Source: Octopus sinensis
Taxonomy: Eukaryota
Direction: 5' to 3'
Length of the DNA stretch: 64,000 nt
NCBI RefSeq assembly: GCF_006345805.1
Contig: NC_043007.1
Coordinates: forward strand, 68,200,001-68,264,000
The notes beneath the pieces were generated by a model, which had not been told where the DNA came from, did no database searches, and worked only from the letters and a program-made list of their open reading frames with translations. Position numbers and translations under genes: made by a program. Below are positions 13,161 through 25,399 of the stretch, in pieces (positions within the stretch are counted from its first letter, which is position 1; every line of letters starts with the position of its first letter).

Positions 13161-14967
13161 TAGTGCGATAAAATAACCGGATTGATCACTAGTTGTATGT
13201 CATATGTTTTTTTTTTTACCCCGAATGCCAGTAACTCTATCAGAACCCGAAGAATATGAAATGATGTTATTGTCAGGTATATGATGTAGTCAAATCCAAA
13301 GAGCAAGTCTTCAAAGACAAGAGACAAGTGCTACTAATAAATATTCTTGAGGAAAATGTAATTGATAAAACGTCGTATCTTATTGAAAAATTGGTCTTTC
13401 GCATAATGTCCAAATCGTAACGATGCAGACAAAATTTTAATCGAACGAAGATCTATAAATCACGGGTATTAAAATTCATACCGCTTAAAGTCATGCTTCT
13501 CCTCTGCTACTTTATGCTCAGTTGAGCCATATTTATTGCAATAATTCAATAGGAATTATCTGACAATCAAATTTACATACATTAATTCGTAATTTTACAA
13601 GAGGTCACGACACTTCCTATCATACTAAATCATATAGATTGAAAATAACTATCAACCCAGCTAGTTCTAGGTATTACGAGCTGGAGGTATTTGCTGCTAA
13701 CGGTTTCTAGAAGTGCTTCATTTTTATTGATCTTATTGTGGAGTTATCTCGAAGCTGTAGTAATATTAATGAGAGAGATTAATGCTAATGGCAAATGATG
13801 TAGCAGTCATTTTCCAGTTGAGTTGATAATTAATTAAATTACTAATTAGATGACCATACAGATGGAATATCTTCGTGTTAACATTTATATATTATATCTG
13901 ATATTGTCTAATGTTTGTACTTATGAATGCATTGATGAATGCATGAGTGCAAATCCATAAGCTTTTTGTTCCGTGACTGTTAAAATTAATTCACGATATA
14001 GTAAAATTTGTTAACTATGTGGGTGGAAGTTACAGGAAGCATTGCTTAAGATCTGTTCTAATATTGATTTCTAATATTGATAACAAGGGTAGAAATTTTG
14101 GTATTGAGTACAGTCAACTCCATTATCCGATTGGTATTTATTTTATCTGACTTAGAATAATGAACAGTTAAGCCGAATGCGGGGAATTAGAACTTAGCAA
14201 GTAAAATGACGTAACAGAATGCTGTAAGACAATATTTCCTGCTTTACCTCACATCATTTCAAATATTAGCTCATTAAAGAACGGCTCCGTTTAATTTCCG
14301 TTGGATAATTAAAGAAAAGATAAAAGGAAAAGAAAGTTGCCTCTGCTATTTTATCTTACTTCAGAATAATAAATAAGCCCTTGATAAACTACTCATAACT
14401 TGGATTTAATTCTCGCTTTTAATTATAAATTTTCTTTTACTTTCAAACATAAAGACATTGGAAACTTTTAACAATTTCTAATTTGTCTTCCATTAAACAT
14501 CGGAGGATCCTGATATCTTCATACAAACTGATGCAGTACGAAAAGAAGCTTTCAGTGTGTTTTCTCGAGAAGCTGCCACTGATCGACCGGCAGTTTCGTC
14601 TTGGAACAGTACGCCTTTTTATAATGGTTATTTAGATTGGAATCGGCAGTACTCGGGTAGTAAACCGAGTACTCGGATAGCAAGGAATCAGGGATTAAAG
14701 AGTAAACTTCAGTGTAAATAAAGTGCAATATGAATGAGGTGAGAAAATAAATCTCATTTACAGGTTGCATATAGAGTTGAGAAAATTTATATGTAAATAC
14801 ACTCATACATGTGGACGCACGATCATACATTCATCTATTAATTCCGTATACATATATATACAAACACAGTGACATTCACAATTAGTTACATGTATTTACA
14901 CGTATACGCATATACATCATCGTATACACACAATATATCATCGCACATAGGCATATTTATATTTATG

Positions 14968-15001
<34 letters not shown>

Positions 15002-15008
15002 CACACAT

Positions 15009-15045
<37 letters not shown>

Positions 15046-15104
15046 CGTGCATAAATTCATTAATCAGTATTCAACGTTGGCGTATACATTTCCAATTATA
15101 AATA

Positions 15105-15115
15105 CTTGCACATAC

Positions 15116-15164
<49 letters not shown>

Positions 15165-15266
15165 CATACATATATATATTTATTTATATACATATATATA
15201 TATGTATATGTATACATATGTATATATATATACATATATATGTATATATATATGTATATATATGTA

Positions 15267-15299
<33 letters not shown>

Positions 15300-15456
15300 G
15301 TATATAAATAAATGTATATTATATATATATATATGTTATATATATATATATATATATAGTATATATATATATATATATATAATATATGTATGTATATAAT
15401 ATATATATATTAATATATATATATGTATATATATATATATAATGTATATATATATA

Positions 15457-15498
<42 letters not shown>

Positions 15499-15620
15499 AT
15501 ATATATAGATATATATATATATATATATAATATATATATATACACATACATATACATATACATATATATATATACACATACATATACGTATATATATATA
15601 TAGTATATATATATATATGT
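15105..15620. repeat. Long imperfect (TA)n array
   Basis: Directly visible; explains the overlapping IY-repeat ORFs. Confidence 0.95.
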
Positions 15621-15757
15621 AAAATGTAAAATGTAAAAAATACAAACTCGGACAAGAACGTAAAACATTTAGAAGACGATACAAAAAACACGGACGGGAC
15701 ATTCGAAGCCTTCAATCTTCAGTCAAGAACCGGATCATCTTCGCAATTTCGGCTGAC

Positions 15758-16030
15758 ATAGGCCAAATAAAAAATAGTTTGCGTAAAAGAATGGCCCTGC
15801 ACAGATCCCAGATAAAAATTCCCCAAAACAGAAAAATAACATTTAGCCAACACATAGATAATTGCGCCAACAACAAAACACCAAACTTCAGAATTTTCCC
15901 CCTCTACCAATTCAGGGACGATACAACCTCGAGCCAACGAATAAGTAAAGAAAGTCTCTTTATTACAAAATATAGGCCCCTTCTGAACGGGTCGACGGCA
16001 AAAGAAATATACACCACGGCTTTAGAATAA
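15758..16030 (+). mobile_element. Penelope-like retroelement GIY-YIG endonuclease C-terminal fragment
   Basis: IGQIKNSLRKRMALHRSQI...SQHIDNC...FRIFPLY...RISKESLFITKYRPLLN matches the (Y)IG, R..H, H..C, R..KE..FI and P.LN pattern of PLE endonucleases. Confidence 0.85.
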
Positions 16031-16512
16031 CACAAATACACACGCAAATATTACATTCCTAAGAATCCATTACAAATCAGCCCCAATCACAGCTATAACC
16101 CATAACGTGCCAACTTTAAGTCATACAACACCTCACTACTTCCACTCATTCATATTCTCCCTCCTCTTTCTTCTTCTTCTTCTTCTTCTTCTTCTTCTTT
16201 TTCTTCTTCTTCTTCTCCCCCTTCTACTTCCTAACTTTATCACTAATGCTTTTTAGTATAACACCTACGCAAATTCTCTAAACAAACCTTTCCATAGAAA
16301 TATTCTCATGAGCTGCTAGCCGCCACTGACCATTCAAAATACAACAATCAAGGCACTCCCAAATTTTCCCCCCTTCTCCTCATCATCCTTCTTCTTCTTC
16401 CCTACCAAGAATTCACAACGACTTCGAACCCACAAGTGTGAACAAGAGACAGAGCAAGGCAGAAACAAGGAAAATGTCACTTATATTTGAACACTATACA
16501 AATATTCCTTTA

Positions 16513-16732
16513 CTCTTTCGTTACTGTATTTATTTTGAGATGCTCTGTGTTTCTTTCAATTACTTTAAATATAACAAAGAATTTAGTAAAATAACTTAGT
16601 TATCATTAAGCTGGTGTTAGGAACATAAATTGTGATTAAGGTTTGGTGGAAGATTTTAATTCAAAACTTATGAAAACAAGACATTTGTACTCAAAGCCAG
16701 AGCCGGTTTCAGCCGGGTTGGTAACGAAAGGG
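16513..16732. mobile_element. piggyBac-like MITE inserted into the Penelope 3' region
   Basis: TIRs CTCTTTCGTTAC / GTAACGAAAGGG with degenerate TTAA-like flanks; absent from the homologous copy at 37960-38340. Confidence 0.65.
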
Positions 16733-16778
16733 AAAAACATTTCTTTTAATTTTTCTAAATTTAATTATTTAATCGTTA

Positions 16779-16816
16779 CAGTTGAAAAGGTCTAAAAATG
16801 ACTGAAACCGGTACTG
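16779..16816 (+). ncRNA. Minimal HHR motif with U3-A8 core
   Basis: cag-TTGAAAA-ggtc-taaaaat-gact-GAAA-ccgg-TA-ctg, downstream of the GIY-YIG fragment and shortly before a (TA)n tract. Confidence 0.65.
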
Positions 16817-17048
16817 AAATGTTCTTTATAAAATTATTTTAGCATTTTCTATTTCGACTTATTTTTTCATATATATATATATATAAACATATATAAAAAT
16901 AGATGAGTAAAAACAAGAGACCGGCATGCATCTTGCAGTGGCAGCGTAGATGGTAGTAACTCAGAATACGTGGTCCATAAAGTCCGTAATTAGGGCTAGG
17001 TGATGTATCTAGTAGGAATAATCAATGAGATACACAATATTCTTTTCT

Positions 17049-17447
17049 TTTCTACTCTAGGCACAATGTCTGAAATGGGGGGGGGGGCGGAAGGGCCAGT
17101 CGATTAGATCGATCCCAGTACGCAACTGATACTTAATTTATCGACCCCGAAAGGATGAAAGGCAAATTCAACATCGGTGGAATTTGAACTCAGAACGTAA
17201 AAACAGACAAAATACCTATTTGCTTACTGCCCACAAGGAGCTACACACAGAGAGGACAAACAAAGACAAACAAACGGATTAAGTCTATTACATCGAACCC
17301 AGTACGTAACTGGTACTTAATTTATCGACCCCGAAAGGATGAAAGGCAAAGTCGACCTCGGCGGAATTTGAACTCAGAACGTAACGGCAGACGAAATACC
17401 GCTAAGCATTTCGCCTGGCATGCTAACGTTTCTGCCAGCTCACAGCC
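17049..17447 (-). mobile_element. SINE family A with duplicated core
   Basis: Two copies of cgaccccgaaaggatgaaaggcaaa...ggaatttgaactcagaacgtaa; minus-strand gcctttcatcctttcggggtcgataaattaagtacc resembles the Nin domain. Confidence 0.85.
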
Positions 17448-17735
17448 TTTGAGACGCTCTATATTATAACATGAATTCAGTGGCTAGAAAAAAAAATGTC
17501 GCGTAGCTCGCAGTATCTACAGTCGGAAGGAGTAAATGGTATTGTAATAGAAATTAGAGTTTGTATCGGAGGAAGAAGTTTATAATTTATGTTTACATCT
17601 CATTATCCGTTCATCAAGTTCATTAATAATGTTTCCTGTACTGTCTATGATTGTCAAATTTACTGCAATACGAAGTAAATATGTGTGTATCAATATTTCT
17701 ATCTTTCTCTCTATCTCTCTTATCTATTTATCTCT

Positions 17736-17774
<39 letters not shown>

Positions 17775-18504
17775 TTACCTGTCGCCCACAACGGCATTAT
17801 ATCTGGTTTTAATAACCCATTATAGATAAGAAAATGAACTTCTTTCAACCACATCCCATTCTCTCTCATTGAATGTAGAAATGCACAAATTATTTTTTCC
17901 TGCTTTTCTTAGCGAACTCATTGTGGCAAAAGATTTCTAATTTGAAAGGTAGCGAGTACCTGATGAGAAAGAACACTGAATAATTATGTAACGCCTGAAA
18001 GTTACGTAATATGCTTTCGGTGCACTTTTTGAAACATCTGTAATACGTAAATACATTTTCAATTCCTTTCATTCACAGGCACACACACACATACACACAT
18101 ATATGTGGACATGAGTATTTATGTATATGTAAGTATATATGTGTGTGCATATGTACGCACATCTATGTATCTATATATGCAAGATTAATTAATGCAAGCA
18201 GCCTTCATACTTATATTCACAATCATCACTCAAAACTGAATGCCTTTTTATGAAGGCTCTACCTCTACCTATTTCCTTTCGTCTTCATCGATCTTACTGT
18301 TTTATTTCGATGTTTAAATCGGTAACCTCTATTTTCACACAATACTAATGCTATGCTTCAGTTTGGTTAACTGTACGAACCGAGACTCATTGAGTTGAGC
18401 AATAACTATATATCACACAGAACGCGATACGAACCATTCAGTTGAAGATTGGCAACGTGCAACACTAGCCTATATGTAGCCAGACATTCTGCCTTCACTA
18501 GCTA

Positions 18505-18680
18505 AAAATTTTGGCACATAGGCCAGCAATTCTTAGGGAAGGCTACTTATTTTATCACCCCATCCCACGAAAAGAAGAAAAGCAAAGACCACCTCAGAGG
18601 AATTTGGAAACAGAACGTAAAGAGCAGTAAGAAATGCTGGTAAGCATTTCGTCTGACTCGCTAACTCGCTGCCCTCGACC
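18505..18680 (-). mobile_element. SINE family A (diverged)
   Basis: ttttggcacataggccagcaatt...agcaaagaccacctc...gaatttg..aacagaacgtaa. Confidence 0.6.
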
Positions 18681-18808
18681 TACCTTAAATAGCATAAAAT
18701 CTTCCTCAAAATTACACGCAACAGGATTTTAAAGAAAAGTACAAAGCGATGGTTGCACTTGGAGCACCTTCGAATATATTTTATCCCACGAGAGGCTGAT
18801 ATGATGTT

Positions 18809-18929
18809 AAAGAAGAAGAAGAAGAAGAAGAAGAAGAAGAAGAAAAGAAGAAGAAGAAGAAGAAGAAGAAGAAGAAGAAGAAGAAGAAGAAGAAGAAGAA
18901 GAAGAAGAAGAAGAAGAAGAAGAAGAAGA
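18809..18929. repeat. (AAG)n microsatellite
   Basis: Directly visible. Confidence 0.95.
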
Positions 18930-20439
18930 GGGAACTCGACCACGTAAGTGAATACTCGAAAATTGTCAATCCTGCGACATTGTAATGTTGCAAGGAAGTT
19001 TCATAAAGTCATTCATATTTCTTGCTGACATGTGCCGGTTGATCTTGAGCAATTTGATTTTTCGAACGAAAACAAGGTGGTGCTAGATTTTAGAGGTAAT
19101 AGCAGTGATAACGACTAACATTTAATTAGCGAGTTGCTCACAACATGAGGTTTGTTAGTATATTCAGAGTCAACATGAAACAGGTAAGTATCACGAATCA
19201 ATTAACTGGCGTTGATTAGTCATCAGTCAAAAGTAAATAAGTCTAAACTAATTTGTCTGAGAGCTTATTAAATTTCTGATTGATTTTCCTGCTTGTTTAA
19301 TAAGAAATTCTTCAATTCAAGCGGCAAGATTTTGTTTTATCATTATTTTCATCTGTAGTCTAAACACCAAGATGGTCATTCGCCATTTACATCTCTCCTA
19401 ACACTTAATTAAATTATTCGCGTGAACTCTGTTCCTCTCTTTCTCACTTGCCCTCTCTCTATCACCCTCTCTACTTTTCTCTCTCCGTCACATAAAGACG
19501 CACATAAATGCACGATTGTTTATGGATGTGATATCATTCTCCATCGCGATTCCGTCGACAGCATTCATCAGCAAGTTGATTTAGGTCCTTCATGAGCCGT
19601 AGCACTCATACAGTCAGAACTTAACTTGGATTCCACGGCATGTAAATGACTGAGATTACACCTCTCCCCCTTGGTTTTAAATGTCGGTCCGTCGCGGGGT
19701 TAAACTTCTCAGGTATTGCTGGAACTCATTTACAACCGAGTGGACTGGATTAAAGTTGAACGAACTGTTTTTGCGCAAGAACACAACACTTTGTTCGGGA
19801 ATCGAAGCCATGATCTTAATCTCGGTAGTGCAAAGCCCTGACTATTAGGTCAGCGCCTTCACTCAGCTGGCTCGATAAAAAACAGAGTTATTGTTGTAAG
19901 CGGCGTAGATGCTGCAAGTGTGATTGGAGCCTGCCGTATTTTTGCCATGCAACAAATATACGTGTTAGTTAGGCCACAGACGTTTAGGAGCAGATAAAAT
20001 ATTGTGACCTCTACATTAACAAAAAAAAAAAGCTAGTTATTTCTCATCTTGCCACAGTTTTAAATTAAAAAAGTGAACCAATTTAGTTGCGCCAAAACGT
20101 TCAAATTTCTCCTCTGGCTTTTCGGAAAGGCCCCATTCCCTTCGTGCATAACAATTTATACACCTTACACTGCTGACAGCGCTTACACCACTAAGAGAGA
20201 TTCCTTTGTTCTATTTCTAGTAATTTTTTTCAAGGAGGTCGAGTACTATCTCACTGCATGAGGTCTTGGGAAAACTTTGTCTATAATCTTAAGTCAATCC
20301 ATACCTTATGAGAGAAATTAGTTAAACGGAAACCGGATAGAAGTATTATCATGCACTCTCTCTGACTGATTCTACTTGAGAATTAATGCTTCACCTGTCT
20401 GTAGAATATTCGTTGCTGCTAATTCAATAAGATGGTCAT

Positions 20440-20690
20440 GCAGTTGATAAAACAATGATACCGTTTTCATTCAGAAAATTCTGCTAACCCCAACAGACTG
20501 TCCCTACCCTATGCACGACAATTAACAAAGTCAAAGTTCAGTTGCTGAAAGTTGTCGGATTGGACCTTCGAACTTCGTACTTTTCACATAGGCAATTCTA
20601 CGTCGGTTGTTCCAAAGTTGGCCATCCAGACAACTTATTCATCTATGCTCCTGAAGGAAAAATAAAAAGTGTCGTCTACAAAGCAGCCCC
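20440..20690 (+). mobile_element. Helitron RepHel PIF1-helicase C-terminal remnant
   Basis: TINKVKVQLLKVVGLDLRTSYFSHRQFYVGCSKVGHPDNLFIYAPEGKIKSVVYKAA compared with consensus TINKSQGQ.L..VGLDL....FSHGQLYV.CSRV...KT.NVVY. Confidence 0.85.
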
Positions 20691-21285
20691 ACAGTTGTTA
20701 TTCTTCTACTGTATTATTCACATCTACGCCAAGCTGGAGCCGTTAGCAAACAGATTTCCTGCAAGCATTTCATTGATATTTTGCTTCATTTCCCTGATTG
20801 CTGTTAACAGTACATTACCTTCAGTGACCCTTCTTACTTTACGCACGCTGTTCGCTCATAAGCATGCTCTGACATGTATTTTTGTACATGCCGTTATTCT
20901 ATTTGCGTGTTTGCTATAAATGCTTGCTTTTCTTTATCATACATGAGTTTCATTGCAAAAAGGCTTCAATGTCAGGCATTAAGAGAAAAATAGGTACACG
21001 ATACAAAACGCTTCACATAAGATATAAGATCCGTAATGCCTACTGAAATTGCAATCTCATTTCATGAACTTTCATTTATTATTAACTACCAAAATCGTGT
21101 TCACACATTCATTACCTAAGTTTCTTAATACCATATCATAAACTGCTAACGAAAATAGTAGTTATGCATTTTACGCTTATCAACTTGAAACAACCTCTAA
21201 ATGCGGGCTAAATCAAATTAAACCTTTCACAGGAGTGCGCCATTATAATAAATTACACCGTCCAAAGGACGGGTGCATTTGCTAG

Positions 21286-21357
<72 letters not shown>

Positions 21358-23744
21358 GTACGATCACAACATTCTGGGTTTTCAAGCCATTCATCTCCTC
21401 CGGTATGACAGAGGATGACACATGCTCTATGTGCTGCGCAGTGATATTGAAACCAGCACCATTGAATTGTGAAGTTAACTTCTTAACCACACTAACATTT
21501 GCAGTCTAATGAACTTTGACAACAAAATCTGTAGAAGAGTGGATTAAATACATTGCATAATATATTTTCGTTTATTTACGTTTCAGTTTTAAAATCCAAC
21601 CCGAAATCAAATTTGTGATTCATCTTTAAGAAGTTGATAACGAAAGCATCAGAAATATATTAGGAATTAGAAATATATCGCATATACTTTTCCCAGACTA
21701 CTGCTACTAAGTGTGTAACTTTGCTTTTAAGCAAGAAACCAATATTATGTCGAATCTTAATCCTTTTATAAATTTTTCCTAAATGTCCATACTTGTTATC
21801 AGACTTTCAGTTAGTCGTGGCTTCAAACATTCAGAGCAATAAAAAACTTCCCTTTCACAAGTCTCAAATTATTCTGGTAATTGAATAAAAAAAAAGGGAA
21901 ATGTGTATCATATATGATACACAGAAACCAGGGAAATATATCCTGTATATCACATGCGATATACAGGACAGGCAAAGGTTTAACAGCAATCGAAAGACAA
22001 TAAAGATCTCTGGTAGAATTTGAACCCAGAATGTAGATATCTTGATTTGGATGCCGACAGGCGATTTATCTGGTTGTCAACTGCTATTTCTGTTTCTTCA
22101 CTACATCATTATTCCTAATATATAATTCCTATATTTAATTGCTATTGTTGTCTTTCACTGTTTAACTAATATCTCATTTAATTGATATAGTATTCAGCTA
22201 TACTGTTTTTTTTTCTAAAGAAAGGAATATAATAGAGTTTAGAAATTAAAGTTTAAAAAAAGGCTATTCAGAGATTAAACATTTAGTGGAAAAAAAAGTA
22301 AATGCAGAATTAATAATATTGATAATGATAAAATATAAGGAGTAGCCAAGAATAGAGAAAGAAATAAGCGGAATATATAACAACATGGAAATTGAATATT
22401 GCTCTTCTGAATACCTCAAAAAAATATTTTTCCTGGAAATGAAGTCGGAAAATATAAATTCAAAAGCAAATTCTACGTGCTAGATGATAAAGAAATGTGT
22501 GCGTGTGTGTGTATGTATGGTAAACATACGTGGTATATATATGTATATATATATATTGAGAGAGAGATGTGTGTGTGTGTATGGGTAAACATAGTGATAT
22601 GTGTGCCTGTGTATGTTATGTTGTGTGTGTATCGCGCGGAATATGTGTATAGAGGAATATGAATACAGAAATTTTCGTTTAAATAAACTTTGTAGGGAAA
22701 ATGAGTGATAGGAGAAAAATCAAAACAAAACGAAAAACAAAAATTTAAAACATAATTGACTACTTCATCGAAATAACAAGCATTTGTGTTCTTTTTCTAC
22801 CCTTTTTTTTTTTGCTTTTTACTGCCAAATTTTGTTTTGCATTGTATTAATCAGTTACTATTAGAATGAGCAATTGTATAGCAAAAGAACAAAATAAAAT
22901 AAAGATATAACAAATAAAAATAAAGAAGAATCTTTCTTCGTTCCATTGTTCCTGCCATCCATTCTTCCATTTATCCTCCCATCCATCTATCCATCGTTCA
23001 TTTTGGTTTAGTTATGCCCGCAGGAAAAGTTTTTGTTCTTATTTTATTGCATGAATTCAAATTCCATCTCTCTCTTTTCTTTTTTTTCTTCAATAAATCT
23101 TGTTCTGTTTTTGCATTAAGCTCATATTTTGGGATTTTGTGTAGATTTGAGGAAATAAATAAAGCAAACAGTAAAATGGAAATAAGAACAGAACATAACA
23201 AAACACTTTACAGAAATTAGTCTAATATTCTGCAACTATTCTTGATGGTAAGATTGTTGTTTGGAGGCTCCGGCCATTTCTGCTTGAAAGTGGTTAGTTT
23301 TACAACACTCACAAAAGATTCTTCAATTTGCTACTTCTACAAAAGAACTCTGCCCGTTGGCAGTGTTTACTGTATCAACAAATGAAGAAAATTGGTTACT
23401 AAAAGTTTGTATCATACGGGCCAGATATTCCTGACCAAAGTACACGATTTGGTTGTTTTTTCAATTAGAGAGGAAAAAAGAACCTATGTATGCGTATCTG
23501 TGTATGTGTCTATATGTGTGTTTGCTGCACGCTTAGTTTTACGTTACTTTCTGAATTAGGAGTATTAGGTTCGAAACCAAAGTTTAAAAAATAAAGCGTA
23601 TCAATTTTTGTTTAGTAATGATGAATCTCCAAGCAAATAACGCTATAAATAATTGAGGTGCAAATATTGGGTTAAAAACGCTTTGGATAGAAAATGTTGA
23701 AAATATCTTTTACAATTTTTACCCTCTATTAGTTATAACATTAT

Positions 23745-23945
23745 TTGAGGCGGCACGCTGGCGAACCGTTAGCACGCCAGACAAAATGTTTAGATGCATT
23801 TCGCTTGTCTTTACCTTTCGAGTTCCACTTGTCTTTTAACCCTTTCAGGATCAATGAAAAGGTATCAGTTGTACACCTGGGTCGATGTAGTTTATTTACC
23901 ACTTTCCCTAAAATTTCAGGCCTTGTGTTTATAGTAGAAGTTTTA
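23745..23945 (+). mobile_element. SINE family A (diverged)
   Basis: ggcggcacgctggcgaaccgttagcacg...cctttcaggatcaatgaaa...aaaatttcaggccttgtg. Confidence 0.65.
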
Positions 23946-24242
23946 TTTGCTGCGCGATTCTCTGTTCCTGAAAAAATAATTATTTTACATTCTTGAAGTT
24001 TCTAAATTCCCAAAATTTAAGTACATAGATTATTTTTCAACCAAGTTAGTGTTTAAAAACAGATGTAACATAACGTTATGCTAACTAATGAAATAAAAGG
24101 AGTAGACATGAATAGAGAAAGAAATAAGTGGAAAATATAACATCGTGAAAATTGAATATTGCTGTTTAGAATATGCTAAAAATTGTTTTTCATGGAAATC
24201 AAGTCGGAAAATATAAAAGAAATTCTACAAGTTTGATGTAGT

Positions 24243-24283
<41 letters not shown>

Positions 24284-24964
24284 TGTACATGAAAATGGAG
24301 TAATATATATATATGGTTAGTAGATATAATGTATGGAATATATGAATATATTGGAATATGATTATCTTGTAAATGAACTTTACGGGGAAAATGAGAGAAT
24401 AAACGAAAAACTTTTAAACTGGTAAACAATAACCAAAATACAAAATGAGACTTTAGTTGTAATTTCTTTTTTTAAAATTTAAGTTTAATAAGCAATTTTA
24501 CAATACTTCAGCAGCCAATGTTTGTCGCAGAATACAAACGTAATTCTTCAATCGGAGATCGAAATTTAAGTTCGTACTCTGTGTCTCCATCATGATTATA
24601 GATGATACCAGTATTTAATGGTCCTGGTTGAAACATCTTCTTTTTTAATTAACATTTTAAAAATTTCCTGCTTGCCCTTTTATAATTGAAGACAGTACAG
24701 CTAGGGGACTGTGAAGTCTTTTATAAAAATAAATGCAGAACAGGACATTTTTCTTAGAAAAGAGAAGCGAGGAAAGGAAGAAAGTGAAAAAAAAGACTAC
24801 ACGCTACTACACATTCACTCGCCAATCACTCATAAAATTTTAATACAGTTATAGTATGCTCTTGTGGTTCCACAAGAAGTAATAATACAAGATTACTTCA
24901 CATTTGCAAACCCATGGTAGAGCATTCACTTTTTATAAAACTCATCTTGCTTACTTTTATTGTA

Positions 24965-25200
24965 AGATATGTTATATTTTTCAATAAGATACCTGTCTTG
25001 TACAAAGTATCTAAAATGTTTGGGGCTAAGTGTGGCTTTTTATACTTTGCCTTTATATATAAAAATTTTGCTAGTAAGTATTAGCAGGACAAGGATACCA
25101 TCAGTATATGTATTCTTTCTTAACCCGAATACAATAAGCTGCGGGTCAAAGTTCGTGTTGCGAACATGTAGGCATTTTTCATGTAGCAGATCTAGGAAGC
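24965..25200 (-). mobile_element. Tx1/L1-like LINE ORF2 C-terminal remnant
   Basis: FLDLLHEKCLHVRNTNFDPQLIVFGLRKNTYTDGILVLLILTSKIFIYKGKV*KATLSPKHFRYFVQDRYLIEKYN resembles the Tx1-clade ORF2 tail. Confidence 0.6.
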
Positions 25201-25399
25201 ATTGCGAAGCCTTCTAGTACAAGACGCATGTTTAAACACGTACAACAGCTGACATTCACACCTTCCCTTCATACCTTCCTCTTAAGAAACATTTTACCCA
25301 GAGCTTTCCTTCTTTCATGAGGCATAGCATCTTGGTTTGGATACAACTGAATCGTGTCACGGTCATACTCAACAAATGAAAATGAAAATCTGATCTTAT

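Noticed and set aside
15047-15715. ORFs rich in IY, CV or HT dipeptides (also near 28010, 29782, 36100, 42618, 50000-52500 and 60640)
   Set aside because: Translations of (TA)n, (CA)n and (TATG)n microsatellites
15640-15757. HHR in the inverted segment preceding the GIY-YIG fragment
   Set aside because: CTGAAGA and GAAA are not in a foldable order with supporting stems
18680-18993. Poly-K/R, poly-L and poly-F ORFs (also 51064-51604)
   Set aside because: (AAG)n/(TTC)n microsatellite translations
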